Source: Haliotis rubra (Eukaryota). From it: a DNA stretch of 64,000 bases. Positions 25,936-38,637 of this stretch are shown here, piece after piece. The translations under genes were made by a program, and so were the position numbers. The notes below the pieces were generated by a model. The model was not told the origin of the DNA and made no database searches. It was given only the letters and a program-made list of their open reading frames with translations. Each line of letters opens with the position of its first letter. Positions within the stretch are counted from its first letter, which is position 1. The stretch covers positions 1-64,000 of the forward strand of contig NW_025767277.1 of assembly GCF_003918875.1 (NCBI RefSeq), read 5' to 3'.

Positions 25936-26045
25936 TTACCTGTCCCATTGTTGTTGTTAATCCCTTTGATGTATTCCCCCATGTTGTCTTACTCAATCCC
26001 TGTTACGTGTATATAAGTCGGTTCTGTGCTGTATTACTTTACTCT

Positions 26046-26085
26046 TGCTTGACAACGGTATAAGAAGCTATACCGAAATGTTGCA
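26046..26085 (+). ncRNA. Minimal type I hammerhead ribozyme motif (Penelope-associated)
   Basis: tgc-TTGACAA-c-GGTATA-agaagc-TATACC-GAAA-tgtt-gca: core with U3/A8 covariation, 6-bp stem II and 3-bp stem I. Confidence 0.65.
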
Positions 26086-27756
26086 TCATACAATCTGTAC
26101 TGGATATCTTGCTCGTCATCCTGCGTTTTCGTGGTTGTAGTCTTGCAGTAGTCTTGTATCACTGTACCCCACTCACGATTGAGAACCTTCGACTGTTAAA
26201 ACGAATTAACTGTACAACAAACTTCGAAACTGGAAAGTGTATCAACTTTCAGTAAACGGAACTGGATCCAGATGATATAAACAACACCTTCTCGTGACCA
26301 GGAATGAATACCAAGGAGACCACACCTCCAACAGCTGTCAAAATGTGATGCAAGTAAGAATGAAGGCAAATCCTAATTATAACCTGCAGTGAAGTACGTA
26401 TGTCTCGACTTTAGACGATCCCAATAATCCCCGGTGGAAGAAAACCCTTTCCAGAGACTGCAACTTGATAGTGTAAACATAGCAGGTCGGAATGACCTTG
26501 GATCCCCCGGATCGTGATGACAATAAGCGACTGTCAAAGCATTAAATACACTGTGAACTGTAATATTTCATACTGACGAGTAAATCACTCGCGACACTTG
26601 TGACTGATAACTGTACCTGTGACTGTACCTGTACATTTGAAGCATACGATCCTGTGATATTCCATCGGAATGAATACGGATCGATTGTTGGATTCTTGGG
26701 ACTGTCAGACGAAATCCGGATGTCAAAGTTGAAAATAACTCCCTAAAATCACTTATCCACAACTAGATACTTAAAGAGCAGACCAAGTGTTAATAACAGC
26801 CATGCTTATTAAAAGTTATGCAAATAAAAATCTCTTATAATGCCAAAAGTAGAATTTAGCTGTGACGCAACCCTGGAACCCTACCTTACTTGTAAAAGTC
26901 AAAATTGCCGCTCCGAAACTAACCTTGACCGGTCTATTTATAGGTGACCTAAGGTCACATGATACGCAAACGTGACGTCAGAATATCCAAGATAGCGACT
27001 GTAAACATGATTGAGCTTACTTGTGCTGGAATTTACTGTTATAGTTGAAACTGTAGTTTGGAAGCAGACTGCACAAAGGTATGTATCTTGGCTGGTATTA
27101 CTTTGGTGGTTGGGGGGCGTGATTATCTCAGTACTTGAAGACCTAGATTAGGCTGACTGACTGAATGACTTAATTTGGTTTTACGCCGCTTGAAGCAATA
27201 TTCCAGCAACATCACGGCGGGGGACACCAGAAATGGGCTTCACAAATTGTACCCATGTGGGGATTCGAACCCGGGTCTTCGGCGTGACGAGCCAACGCTT
27301 TAACCACTAGGTTACCCAACCGCCCCAGACCAAGATTAGACATGACTTTTTGTTACAATATATATATTTTTCACGGTTAGTTTGCTCTTTCCACCAAGTG
27401 AAATCTGTTTGTTAGTACTGTAAGACTAGCCATTCTTTTACAGGTTATTTAGTTGATTTTGTGGAATATTTTTCTGGTTCGGGCAAACAGTCGATCCAGA
27501 TCAATATAAACAGTGTTAACTTTCTAAACTAAACTTCAAGTTTCAAACTATTCTTGCCGAAAAAAAAAACAGATTAAAATTGCTTATAATCGTGTGTCTA
27601 TCGTTAGGTTTTTATGACTTGAACAATGGTGATACTCATAAAATTCTTCACAAGAACTCTACGATGCTGAAGATAATTATCGGTTTTGGAGTAGTAACTA
27701 AATCCTCAATACAAACTCACATAAAATACCAGTGTTAACACATATCGCCAATTACC

Positions 27757-27873
27757 TGGTAGGTCTAGATGCTCGGATGGTGATTGTGTGGATCCCGTAA
27801 TGTAGCATATCATGTCATCCTCCGACTCATAAGGTGTAGAACCAGTTGATGTTCCAGCGTCACTGTCGGACAT
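27757..27873 (-). CDS. Isolated putative first coding exon MSDSDAGTSTGSTPYESEDDMICYITGSTQSPSEHLDLP
   Basis: Upstream tatag acceptor, accATG start and CAG|GTAATT donor. The frame and both splice sites are conserved in an inverted paralog at ~42933-43050. Confidence 0.45.
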
Positions 27874-27958
27874 GGTTGCTTATCAAACTATACTCAAATG
27901 TCAAATGTTGATCTACGTGAATTATTAGTCATAGATTGAGCAGCTACTTCCCAACAGT

Positions 27959-29166
27959 TTAAGTATTAAAATGAGAGTGCATGATCTGTAATCTTCGAAG
28001 CCATTCAGAACGATTCATTCGACAAACATTTTCCGTCTTTGTCGCACCGCTATCTGTGACATAATATGTTCTGGGTCCTTCTTTGTCGTAGAACACAACT
28101 CCCTGACAATAACGAATGGCTACTTCCAATACAACTAAGCCAGCATTCCGTATGGTGTGGAATCTAATATCGACCAAGTCCCTTGGTCCTTCTGTAAAAT
28201 GTCCGTCACGATCCAAGACACAGATGTCAGTTTCCAGCTTCTTGTAAATGTGTTCTCTCAGAGACTCTTGTGATATGTCCAGCTTAAAACCAGTGTATTC
28301 CGGTTTCTTAGTTGTATATCCTTCTTTTGTTGTTAGATTTGATTCGCTAACACCCAAGAAGTATGACCCCCCACCAACAACCTTGGACATAGATGTAATG
28401 TTGTCCTTGAGCTTCAAATAGTTCCATATGTAGTCAGTCAACTGTTTAGCATCTCCCTTAATGCTTGTGACTTCTTTCGTGGCCTGGAATCTTTTCAGCT
28501 GTATATGTCGGTTCTCGTGAAGGTCCTGGACGTTATCTGGTAGTTTTGCAGTAGGGACGCTACCTGCTTGAGTTTCTGTTTTTCTCAGCAACACCTGTAT
28601 GTTTGATGAGTTGATGCTAAGATTTTCACTGTCATTAGTTGCTTTTGTGTTGAAATCAACAGTACATACACTCTCAACTTTCCCGACTGTTATCTGAACA
28701 AAGTCAGTAATATCTTCAAATGTTTCAATCTGACACAAACATTTACGTTCATAGACGTCAGTATAGAGTTCGCCGTTTTCAAGTAACCCTGTCAACTCAT
28801 TTCTGACGGCCTCGTCAAAGTACTCCAGACACCGGTCTTCCTCGGACGTCCCTTGTACGTGGACTAGCAACACTCCTCCACCACTGTTACGTAATGCTGA
28901 CGCTGCTTTGGCGACTTGATCCGCAAATCTCTTCTTTCCTGTTTTCTTTGATTCTTCTCCTTTCTTCTCCTGCCACCCTCGGTTAGAATCTTATATTCGG
29001 TGTGAACTGGTAAAAGTTTGTTGACTGGTTCACGGTTCTCCTTCTCTATGAATATCTTCCGTACTTGAGTACATCTGGAACACACACCTGTAATACAAAC
29101 AAATCCAACTGAAACAGTTGCACCTTCAAATTTGGCGTCCGTCGTCTTGCCAATCGTCTTGACCAA
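27959..29166 (-). CDS. Schlafen-like (AlbA_2) protein, one frameshift, 5' end cut off by a LINE
   Basis: Upstream of the annotated start, the 304-aa frame reads RFADQVAKAASALRNSGGGVLLVHV (SLFN ALLNSGGGV motif). The second lobe has HENRHIQLKRF, GGGSYFLGVSE and VVLEVAIRYCQGVVFY..P. Confidence 0.8.
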
Positions 29167-29171
29167 TAGCG

Positions 29172-31538
29172 CTACGATAGCTTTGTGAAGCGAGGCCAGG
29201 TTCTGTTACCTTCTCTATGGGGTGGTACACACACAAACTCTACAAAAGGCAAGGTCATAGAGGAATGTATTACCAATAATGATTTATGTATTTCTAATGA
29301 TTCCAATACATATTTGCACCCTGCTACAGGCACATATTCCTCACTTGATTTGTCACAAACAGATTCAAGACTGCTCAACGAATTCGAATGGTCAGTCCAT
29401 CATGACCTTTGTGGAAGTGACCATTTACAAACTTTACTTTCACTCGTTCATCCAGCTGATCTTCCCAATTCATCAAGAGATAATTTTACAAAGGCAAATT
29501 GGTCTTTATTTGAGACATTATGCCAACGTACAAGTACACCTGAGACCCAGAATTGCATCTAGCAGGCACTCCAATTAAAACTCTCGAGGAAGCTAAATTT
29601 CTGGGAAATATATTTGACGAACATCTTACTTTTCTTACCACATATTAAATCTCTGAGGGCTCAGTGTCTCGAAGGCACTTGATTTATTAAAGGTTGTTTC
29701 AAACTCCAAGTGGGGGAGGGGACCAGTTAACCCTTCTTCACTTATACAGATCACTCGTCCGTTCTAAACTCGACTATGGCTCCATCATTTATGGTGGAGC
29801 CTGCAAAAGTAATCCTAAATCGTTGGATTCTGTTCACCACTAAGGTGTCAAACTTCGTTTTGGATCTTTTCGAACTTCTATTGAAAGTATTTATGTAGAG
29901 GTTGATGAGCCATCTCTAACAACGCCGCACAAAATTATCCTTACAATATATCACCAAACTATATTCTAAAGAGTCTAACCCCTGCAATTAACTGTGTTTT
30001 TAATCCTCTTCACGAGGATCTGTACAACAAGAAGTCTGCTGTTATTCCGCCACTAGGAATAAGAATTAAACCCTTTCATGCTGGCATTAGTTGGATAATA
30101 TTTCTCTTTTGCGCATACTTTTTCTCCTCCTTTGCAGTTAGTGAGACCAGAAGTTGACCTATCACTCACACCATTTAAACAATCTGAAACTAATGAATTA
30201 CAATATAAACAAGAATTTAATCAATTAAAAAGTAAATACAATACATACAAGTCCTTATTTACAGATGGGTCCAATGATGGTGGCACAGTGGCTTGTGCCA
30301 CTGTCATTGGATCCAGAACAATATCTTCTCGACTACCAAACAACAGCTCTATTTTCACAGTGGAAGCTAACGCCATATTAACAGATGTTAAATATGTTAA
30401 TAGAGACCATAAATATAAACAATACATAATATATTCAGACTCTCTTCATGCCTTCATGCTGTAAAATGTGTCTTCTCAACATCCACTTTTAATTGAAATA
30501 CTAGAATTATTCAACGATCTGGCTACTGGTCAGTGCAACATCGTCCTCTATGTTGGCATTTCTGGTAACACAATGGCTGATCTTGCTGCTAAGGCAGCAC
30601 TCAACAAATCTGTAACACCACTACTGATCCCATATTCCGATTAGAAAGCTGTCGTTAGATCTTATATCCGTGATCTAATGCAAAAAGAGGTAGGACACCC
30701 AAGTAGGTATCAATAAATTAGATGCAATAAAACCAGTTATCGGTTACACCTACTTGGGTTGTCAGTCCAGATTGGAAGAGGTCATTATGCGACGATGTCG
30801 TATTGGCCATACTATATATACTCATGAGTACATATTTAAAGGCGAGGATCCTCCGTTTTGTATCCCTTGTGATGAAAGAATCATGGTCAAGCATGTCCTG
30901 CTTGACTGCATAGATTTTCCCATCACAAAGGCTAAATATGTCAGCGTTAAAACTGTTAAGGATATTTTTTGATAATGTTAATCATCATTTTATTATCGAG
31001 TTTTTAAAAGAAATAGAATTGCTTGCGAAAACGTTTTGAAGGGGGTTGAAGTATCGTAAACTTATTGTCCTTCTCAGAGGGTACGTCAGTCCCAAAACGT
31101 CAAAGTCAATTTTGCTCTACCAAACTTTTTAATCGTAGTATGTTTGTTGCTTTTAATAATGGCTACACCTCCGTACAATCTCAGCGGCTGTAGGGATGGT
31201 GTAGATCCAGCTAGGGTCCAGCTTGGGATATACGTAAATTTTGAAATTATGAATAATGATCTATTTATTCATTAACACACTGATAAAATATCAATCATAA
31301 AAATACCAATATCTCTAACTTATTTTGTCCAGTATATTGTGTATTGTCCAAATAATGCTATTAGTTTTAACTTTACATGCTAGTTTTAATTTAACTGCAA
31401 TAGTCTAGTTGTTTTACTGTCCTTGATCACAGGTGTTATAATACATACATATTGTTTATAAACATCCAATTTCTTCTCGTCACGATATGGCTGAAAATTG
31501 CCGATGTGACGTTGACTTTAACTCACTCACTCACTCAC
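29172..31538 (+). mobile_element. Nimb/I-group LINE remnant (APE fragment, most of RT deleted, RNase H, CCHC, 3' UTR)
   Basis: WGG...TY..P.TGTYSSLDLS...GSDH; LFTDGS, SIFTVEANAI, IYSDSL, GISGN.MADLAAK; CIPCDERIMVKHVLLDC; (ACTC)n tail. Confidence 0.9.
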
Positions 31539-31703
31539 ATGTGTTTACGACATGCTATGTTAAACGTCATAGTAAGCATCACTTACCTTCACCACCTGCA
31601 GGGGAGCTCATCATTCCACATCATCCTAGTTTAACGTCAAGGCGAAACCAATTCAGATGTAAAATATTCTCAGTCATATGACATGTGCGCACATACTTTA
31701 AAC

Positions 31704-34700
31704 ATGTAACCTTATCTGTACCTTGTTGCATGTGACACTGCTGATATATTTGATCATTACAAACAACATGTGATATATGATTACTTTATCTCTCGTAACT
31801 GACCTCATTGATATATGTCACATCGGCAATATTTCAGCCATGTTGTGACGTAAAAGTTATAAAGTAACAATAAACACAATTACATTATAAAACAACCGTC
31901 GACAAAGGACAGTAAAAAGGACTAGATTATCAAACGAATAAATTTAAGACTAGTAATTAAATCTAAAATACTTTAACTATAAGTGACAATACAATGTAAA
32001 AACAGGCTATAGATCGCAAACAACTGAAGGTAGATAACCATACTAGGAACCATGGGGACTTACATATTACTTTTGCTACCTGCATGGACCCTAACTGGAG
32101 TTACATCATACCTCAATTTAGACACATCTGGCCATACATTAAAAATACACATATTCTACGATTAACAAAGTGGAAAGTTCAATTTACTTTGAATGTTTTT
32201 TGGACTTACGTACCACCAGGAACCTTTGAAGCTGATCACTTCTGATCCCGTCACGCTCCATACGACAAACGTGAACTGATGAAGACTTTTCTTTTTTATG
32301 CATCAGGAACCATAGTTCAGCTGCAGTAAATTCACCCCATACAGTATATCTGGTGACAGTGTAATCAAGTACAGTACATTTGGCTTTACACGTATTGGTT
32401 CGAATCCCATACCCACCCTGATTATGGTTACTGGGTTGTCAACGCTACAACACTCTTCCCATGCTACCATTTGTCTCACGGCTTTAAAGTCTGCAGACCC
32501 TTTTGTTAAAGGTCAAACCTATAAAACAAAATAGACTACACTGTACAGTTTCACAATGGTTAGTTCTGTCATTATAACTAGTACAACACTGGAAATGTTG
32601 CTAGTGAGCTACAGTGAGCTTGCTAAGTCAAACAGCTCCTGATCACCAAAGTCATTCCTGAAAGACTGACTGAGTTTGGTTTTACGCCGCTTTGAGCAAT
32701 ATTCCAGCAAATATCACGGCGGGGACACCAGAAATGGGCTTCACACATTGTGCCCATGTGGGGATTCGAACCGGGTCTTCGGCGTGACGAGCCAGCGCTT
32801 TAACCACCAGGCTACCCAACCGCCCCATTCCTGAAAGAAGCATCTGCGTGTGCTTGTTTTTTGTTTTTTGCCGGTGGATCGACATCCTGTACAAATCGCT
32901 ACATTGCGAAACATGAAAGGGTGAAGGTCATTTCCAAAGTTCCTCCACACAACTAGGCTTTCTACAAAAATCAATTAGCAAACAAGTTATTACTTGTGAA
33001 AGACTGGTGGCGACATTCCTATGTGCAAACCGTTGATATACCAGGAAGTGAAACTGTAAGTTATCGTAAACATGATGGATCATGGATGATTCCCTAACTA
33101 TAATAAAGAATACAATTATGGGGAATGATTCCATTTGTAAAATATATTGACAGATAATTTACAGAAGGCCACAAAGGATTGCAAATATTTGAAACTGCCG
33201 GCCCGATACAATAACAACCGGCGCCGGGCCTCCGGGCCTCCGGGCCAGCGATTATTTCGAACGCTAGTCTCACCTGCATCAGGATCCACCCATCAGCTGA
33301 CATCCAATGACACCTGACGAGACACTGTGATGGAAATCACTAGCGAATTACCCTATTTCCTCTAAGATACGCCGGGTATGTATTCGCCCTTAATAAAAAA
33401 AAGATTAAGGCATGGTCCTTTTGGTCATAACTTCCTGTCCTCCCACAAGGCGGCTAAGCTGGTGAAAGGGGTTTTCATGTGTATAAATTTGTATGGGAAC
33501 CGGTGCTAGAGGAACGTTTACAGACCAATCTAAATCCTTGTAATGGCTATGACAGGTATGCTATATCGATAGTGAAAGACAGCAAGCGGACCTCAATAAG
33601 CCCCAGGGTCTGAAAGTCCGTTGTAAAAAGCACCCGAGCGCTTATTTGAGGAATATACTTTAAACATTAAATATTCCTTCTGCAGTAGGTGATAATATAC
33701 TGAGTCAAAAAGAAACTTCACAAAATGTAATTTGAAAAATAATGAATAATTTTTCTCTGATGATACATCTATGTATCCGAAATGGGATCCTATCTTTCGA
33801 CTCCTAGAAAAACGTTAGCAAAACCCACTCAAAACCCATCCATTCGTCGTGCAAATGACGTCCAGTGCCAAATCAGGTTTTGCACGTGCAGTCGATCACG
33901 TGATCTTCGCATCGAAGTTTTCTTCATATGCACGTGTTTGCATTGGCCTCAAGAATTGAAAAACACTTTTAAACCACATTTTCTAACGGTACTTGAAATG
34001 CCACGATTATCAAATGTGCAACGTCAAGCGTCTGCTGTGGGCCCCAACGTCACCTCCGATGGACCCAGAGAGACTGGAATCGAGTCGTCTTTAGAGATGA
34101 ATCCAGGTTTATCCTCAGATTCGCGGACGGCAGGCATAGAGTCTGGTGACGACGTCGTGAACGGTATGCCCAATGTTGTGTACAGGAAGTCGACAGATTC
34201 GGGTGCGGAAGTTGCATGGTTTTGGGGTGCTTTCTGTGGGAACAACCGTTCCCGACTTCTGGTCATCCGTGGAAACCTCGCAGCTGCTGCTTACCGCTAC
34301 CAGGTGCTCACCCTGAAACTCGTTCCTTTGATGGCAGCTCATGTCCCAGGTCCACAGTTCCAGCATGATAATGCTCGGCCGCATACCGCGATATTGACAC
34401 AATGTAACCTTATCTGTGTACCTTGCTTGCATGACACCACTGCTGATATATTTGATCATTACAAACAACATGTGATATATGATTACTTTATTCTCTCGTA
34501 ACTGACCTCATTGATATGTCACATCGGCAATATTTCAGCCATGTTGTGACGTAAAGTTAAAAAGTAACAATAAACACAATTACATTATAAAACAACTGTC
34601 GACAAAGGACAGTAAAAAGGACTAGATTATCAAACGAATAAATTTAAGACTAGTAATTAAATCTAAAATACTTTAACTATAAGTGACAATACAATGTAAA

Positions 34701-37087
34701 ACAGGCTATAGATCGCAAACAACTGAAGGTAGATAACCATACTAGGAACCATGGGGACTTACATTACTTTTGCTACCTGCATGGACCCTATGCTGGAGTT
34801 ACATCATACCTCAATTTAGACACATCTGGCCATACATTAAAATACACATATTCTACGATTAACAAAGTGGAAAGTTCAATTTACTTTGAATGTTTTGACT
34901 TACGTACCACCCAGGAACCTTGAAGCTGATCACCTGATCCCGTCACGCTCCATACGACAAACGTGAACTGATGAAGACTTTTCTTTTATGCATCAGGAAC
35001 CATAGTTCAGCTGCAGTAAATTCACCCCATACAGTATATCTGGTGACAGTGTCAGTACAGTACATTTGGCTTTACACGTATTGGTTCGAATCCCATACCC
35101 ACCCTGATTATGGTTACTGGGTTGTCAACGCTACAACACTCTTCCCATGCTACCATTTGTCTCACGGCTTTAAAGTCTGCAGACCCTTTTTGTTAAAGGT
35201 CAAACCTATAAAAACAAAATAGACTACACTGTACAGTTTCACAATGGTTAGTTCTGTCATTATAACTAGTACAACACTGGAAATGTTGCTAGTGAGCTAC
35301 AGTGAGTTTGCCAAGTCAAACAGCTCCTGATCACCAAAGTCATTCCTGAAAGACTGACTGAGTTTGGTTTTACGCCGCTTTTTGAGCAATATTCCAGCAA
35401 CATCACGGCGGGGACACCAGAAATGGGCTTCACACATTGTGCCCATGTGGGGATTCGAAACCCGGTCTTCGGCGTGACGAGCCAGCGCTTTAACCACTAG
35501 GCTACCCAACCGCCCCATTCCTGAAAGAAGCATCTGCGTGTGCTTGTTTTGTTTTTGCCGGTGGATCGACATCCTGTACAAATCGCTACATTGCGAAACA
35601 TGAAAGGGTGAAGGTCATTTCAAAGTTCCTCCACACAACTAGGCTTTCTACAAAAATCAATTAGCAAACAAGTTATTACTTGTGAAAGACTGGTGGCGAC
35701 ATTCCTATGTGCAAACCGTTGATATACCAGGAAGTGAAAACTGTAAGTTATCGTAACATGATGGATCATGGATGATTCCCTAACTATAATAAAGAATACA
35801 ATTATGGGGAATGATTCCATTTGTAAAATATATTGACAGATAATTTACAGAAGGCCACAAAGGATTGCAAATATTTGAAACTGCCGGCCCGATACATAAT
35901 AACAACCGGCGCCAGGCCTCGGGCCTCGGGCCAGCGATTATTTCGAACGCTAGTCTCACCTGCATCAGGATCCACCATCAGCTGACATCCAATGACACCT
36001 GACGAGACACTGTGACGGAAATCACTAGCGAATTACCCTATTTCCTCTAAGATACGCCGGGGTATGTATTCGCCCTTAATAAAAAAAGATTAAGGCATGG
36101 TCCTTTTGGTCATAACTTCCTGTCCTCCACAAGGCGGCTAAGCTGGTGAAAGGGTTTTCATGTGTATAAATTTTGTATGGGAACCGGTGCTAGAGGAATG
36201 TTTACAGACCAATCCTAAATCCTTGTAATGGCTTATGACAGGTATGCTATATCGATAGTGAAAGACAGCAAGCGGACCTCCAATAAGCCCGGGTCTGAAA
36301 GTCCGTTGTAAAAAGCACCTGAGCGCTTATTTGAGGAATATACTTTAAACATTAAATATTCCTTCTGCAGTAGGTGATAATATACTGAGTCAAAAAGAAA
36401 CTTCACAAAATGTAATTTGAAAATAATGAATAATTTTTCTGATGATGATACATCTATGTATCCGAAATGGGATCCCTATCTTTCGACCCTAGAAAACGTT
36501 AGCAAAACCCACTCAAACCCATCCATTCGTCGTGCAAATGACGTTAGTGCCAAATCAGGTTTTGCACGTGCAGTCGATCACGTGATCTTCGCATCGAAGT
36601 TTTCTTCATATGCACGTGTTTGCATTGGCCTCAAGAATTGAAAAAACACTTTTAAACCACATTTCTAACGGTACTTGAAATGCCACGATTGTCAAATGTG
36701 CAACGTCAACGTGTCGTCTGCTGTGGGCCCAACGTCACCTCCGATGGACCCAGAGAGACTGGAATCGAGTCGTCTTTAGCGATGAATCCAGGTTTACCCT
36801 CAGATTCGCGGACGGCAGGCATAGAGTCTGGAGACGACGTCGTGAACGGTATGCCCAATGTTGTGTACAGGAAGTCGACAGATTCGGGGGCGGAAGTTGC
36901 ATGGTTTGGGGTGCTTTCTGTGGGAACAACCGTTCCCGACTTCTGGTCATCCGTGGAAACCTCGCAGCTGCTGCTTACCGCTACCAGGTGCTCACCCCTG
37001 AACTCGTTCCTTTGATGGCAGCTCATCGCGTCCCAGGTCTACAGTTCCAGCATGATAATGCTCGGCCGCATACCGCGATATTGACAC
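31704..37087 (+). repeat. ~2.7-kb direct tandem duplication (31704-34401 and 34402-37087)
   Basis: Near-identical units differing mainly by 1-2 nt indels. Junction at ...gatattgacac|aatgtaaccttatc. Confidence 0.9.
31810..32218 (-). mobile_element. Nimb LINE 3' UTR fragment (second copy at ~34510-34910)
   Basis: Reverse-complement similarity to 31060-31520, including catggctgaaatattgccgatgtgac. Confidence 0.65.
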
Positions 37088-37172
37088 GAAATTTCCTTCA
37101 AAACGCTGGAATCAACGTCATGGACTGGCCATCGAGGTCCCCTGACCTTAATCCAATAGAGCACGTTTGGGA
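36381..37172 (+). mobile_element. Tc1 transposon, internally deleted, right end missing (partial copy at 33696-34400)
   Basis: Left end tatactgagtcaaaaagaaac. Reads MPRLSNVQRQR, WNRVVFSDESRF, GGSCMVWG, FQHDNARPHTA and WPSRSPDLNPIEHVWD (DD34E-type). Confidence 0.9.
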
Positions 37173-37926
37173 TGCAGACATTGTAAACCCATGTTTTGAA
37201 CGGCGGTGTAGCCTAATTTGTGTACATACACTGCAACGAATGTCCCTTGTCAACCAAGGTAAAGTAACACTAAGCACTATCAAATTTAGATCAAACAAAT
37301 AATTGAGAAACGAAAGGATGTACAAATGGAAACGACTCCCAGGTAAAGGAAGAAAGGAGATTACGTGCCCTCAGTTGCAAAATAAGTCATGGTTATTTCT
37401 TTGACATGCATCGGGTGGTCAGGCTTGTCTGACACATGTCGAATCCCAGTTGCGTAGATTTGGTGCCCATGATCACTGGATTGTCTGGTCCAGACGCCAT
37501 TATTTAAAGACCACCACCGTATAGCTGGAATATTGCTGAATGAGGCGTTTAACAGCACAGAAACAAACAAGCAAACTGACGAATGATTCCAGGAATCCCT
37601 GTATTAGTATTGCAATCAATGTGTATTCTAGAGTGAATGATTTCGATGTAACGATATATTGTTTTATGATTTGTACCAGTTTCATGAGTAATGAAAGCCG
37701 ATGAAAACTGACATGATTGAAACGTTCTTGGCTAATAAAAAAAAAAAAAGAATTGGCATAAACCATATCAACGCGTATATCACAAGAAATATTTGTTCAA
37801 CTTATGTTCCAATTTTTCATTGGCAGAATAATCTAATTATATATCAAAGGTATTTCATGCTACATTTAAAAAGTCCATACTGGCTGACAACATGAATGAC
37901 TGTGATCAGCAAAGTGGCTATATTTG

Positions 37927-38637
37927 CTACTCCCTGTTCCTGGTATCGGAGCTGACACATTTGCAGTCACCCACCACAACTAAGATCGCACCGCCTAACG
38001 AAAGAACTCTGGCGAACAATATGCATTTATTCTTCAGGCCATTGCTAGCAAAAAAATCACTTACAAGCGCCACGTTGAAGATACCGAAGGCGGCAATGCC
38101 TCCTATCCGAGGTACCATGTCCACAGGGAAGGGTAGAAGGTCTGCAGTGAACAGCCCTTGCATGATAACAGACACAGGAGTCACCAACAGCTGGTAGCCA
38201 GTCATCCATAATAGTTCAGTCGACATGAATGTTATACTGCGGAACACATTGACAACAGAAAGAAGGAAAGATATTATCACAAGAGCTATTTGTACTTCTG
38301 CTGTGTAAGGTACACTTGTTGACTTGTCCACGCCAACAATGACGGGGAAAGTACTTTTTCCAAGCATGGCACCTAGCCCTAGAAAGAATATACACTGCAT
38401 GATTTGCATAATTATTATCATCACAGTTGTACAATAGCTTTCATTTGGTATCAATGATGGTTTAATGGTGCTCACATCAGTCCAGTTTATGTTGTGTATG
38501 AGAGTCCCTTGAGGATGTGAGACAGCAGGTCCGTTGTCCCGAGAATCTGCGTCAGTAACATCACAGATGAGGTTCATGGCGTTTTCAGAAAGTGACGTAC
38601 AGTGTACTCTGTAAATACCGGCATCAGTCGGGACCAA
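37927..38637 (-). CDS. Putative multi-pass membrane protein ORF/exon (family unassigned)
   Basis: 236-codon ORF with several hydrophobic segments. Its 5' part overlaps transposon-like sequence, so the real coding part may be shorter. Confidence 0.4.
   Translation of the reverse strand: MVPTDAGIYRVHCTSLSENAMNLICDVTDADSRDNGPAVSHPQGTLIHNINWTDVSTIKPSLIPNESYCTTVMIIIMQIMQCIFFLGLGAMLGKSTFPVIVGVDKSTSVPYTAEVQIALVIISFLLSVVNVFRSITFMSTELLWMTGYQLLVTPVSVIMQGLFTADLLPFPVDMVPRIGGIAAFGIFNVALVSDFFASNGLKNKCILFARVLSLGGAILVVVGDCKCVSSDTRNRE

Larger units (their letters stand above)
24600..26120 (+). mobile_element. Penelope-like retroelement 3' remnant (GIY-YIG endonuclease, minisatellite, hammerhead)
   Basis: Reads EVVYKISCDCG*AYVGETSRPINLRIKEH...SAISEH...HNIEWDNVEIL...KLAEAVQIRRHKPSINRDQG at ~24664-24940. 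Confidence 0.9.

Noticed and set aside
24838-26063. Three 318-392 aa ORFs
   Set aside because: They are translations of the 74-bp minisatellite. Only the first ~40 aa (Penelope endonuclease end) is real coding relic.
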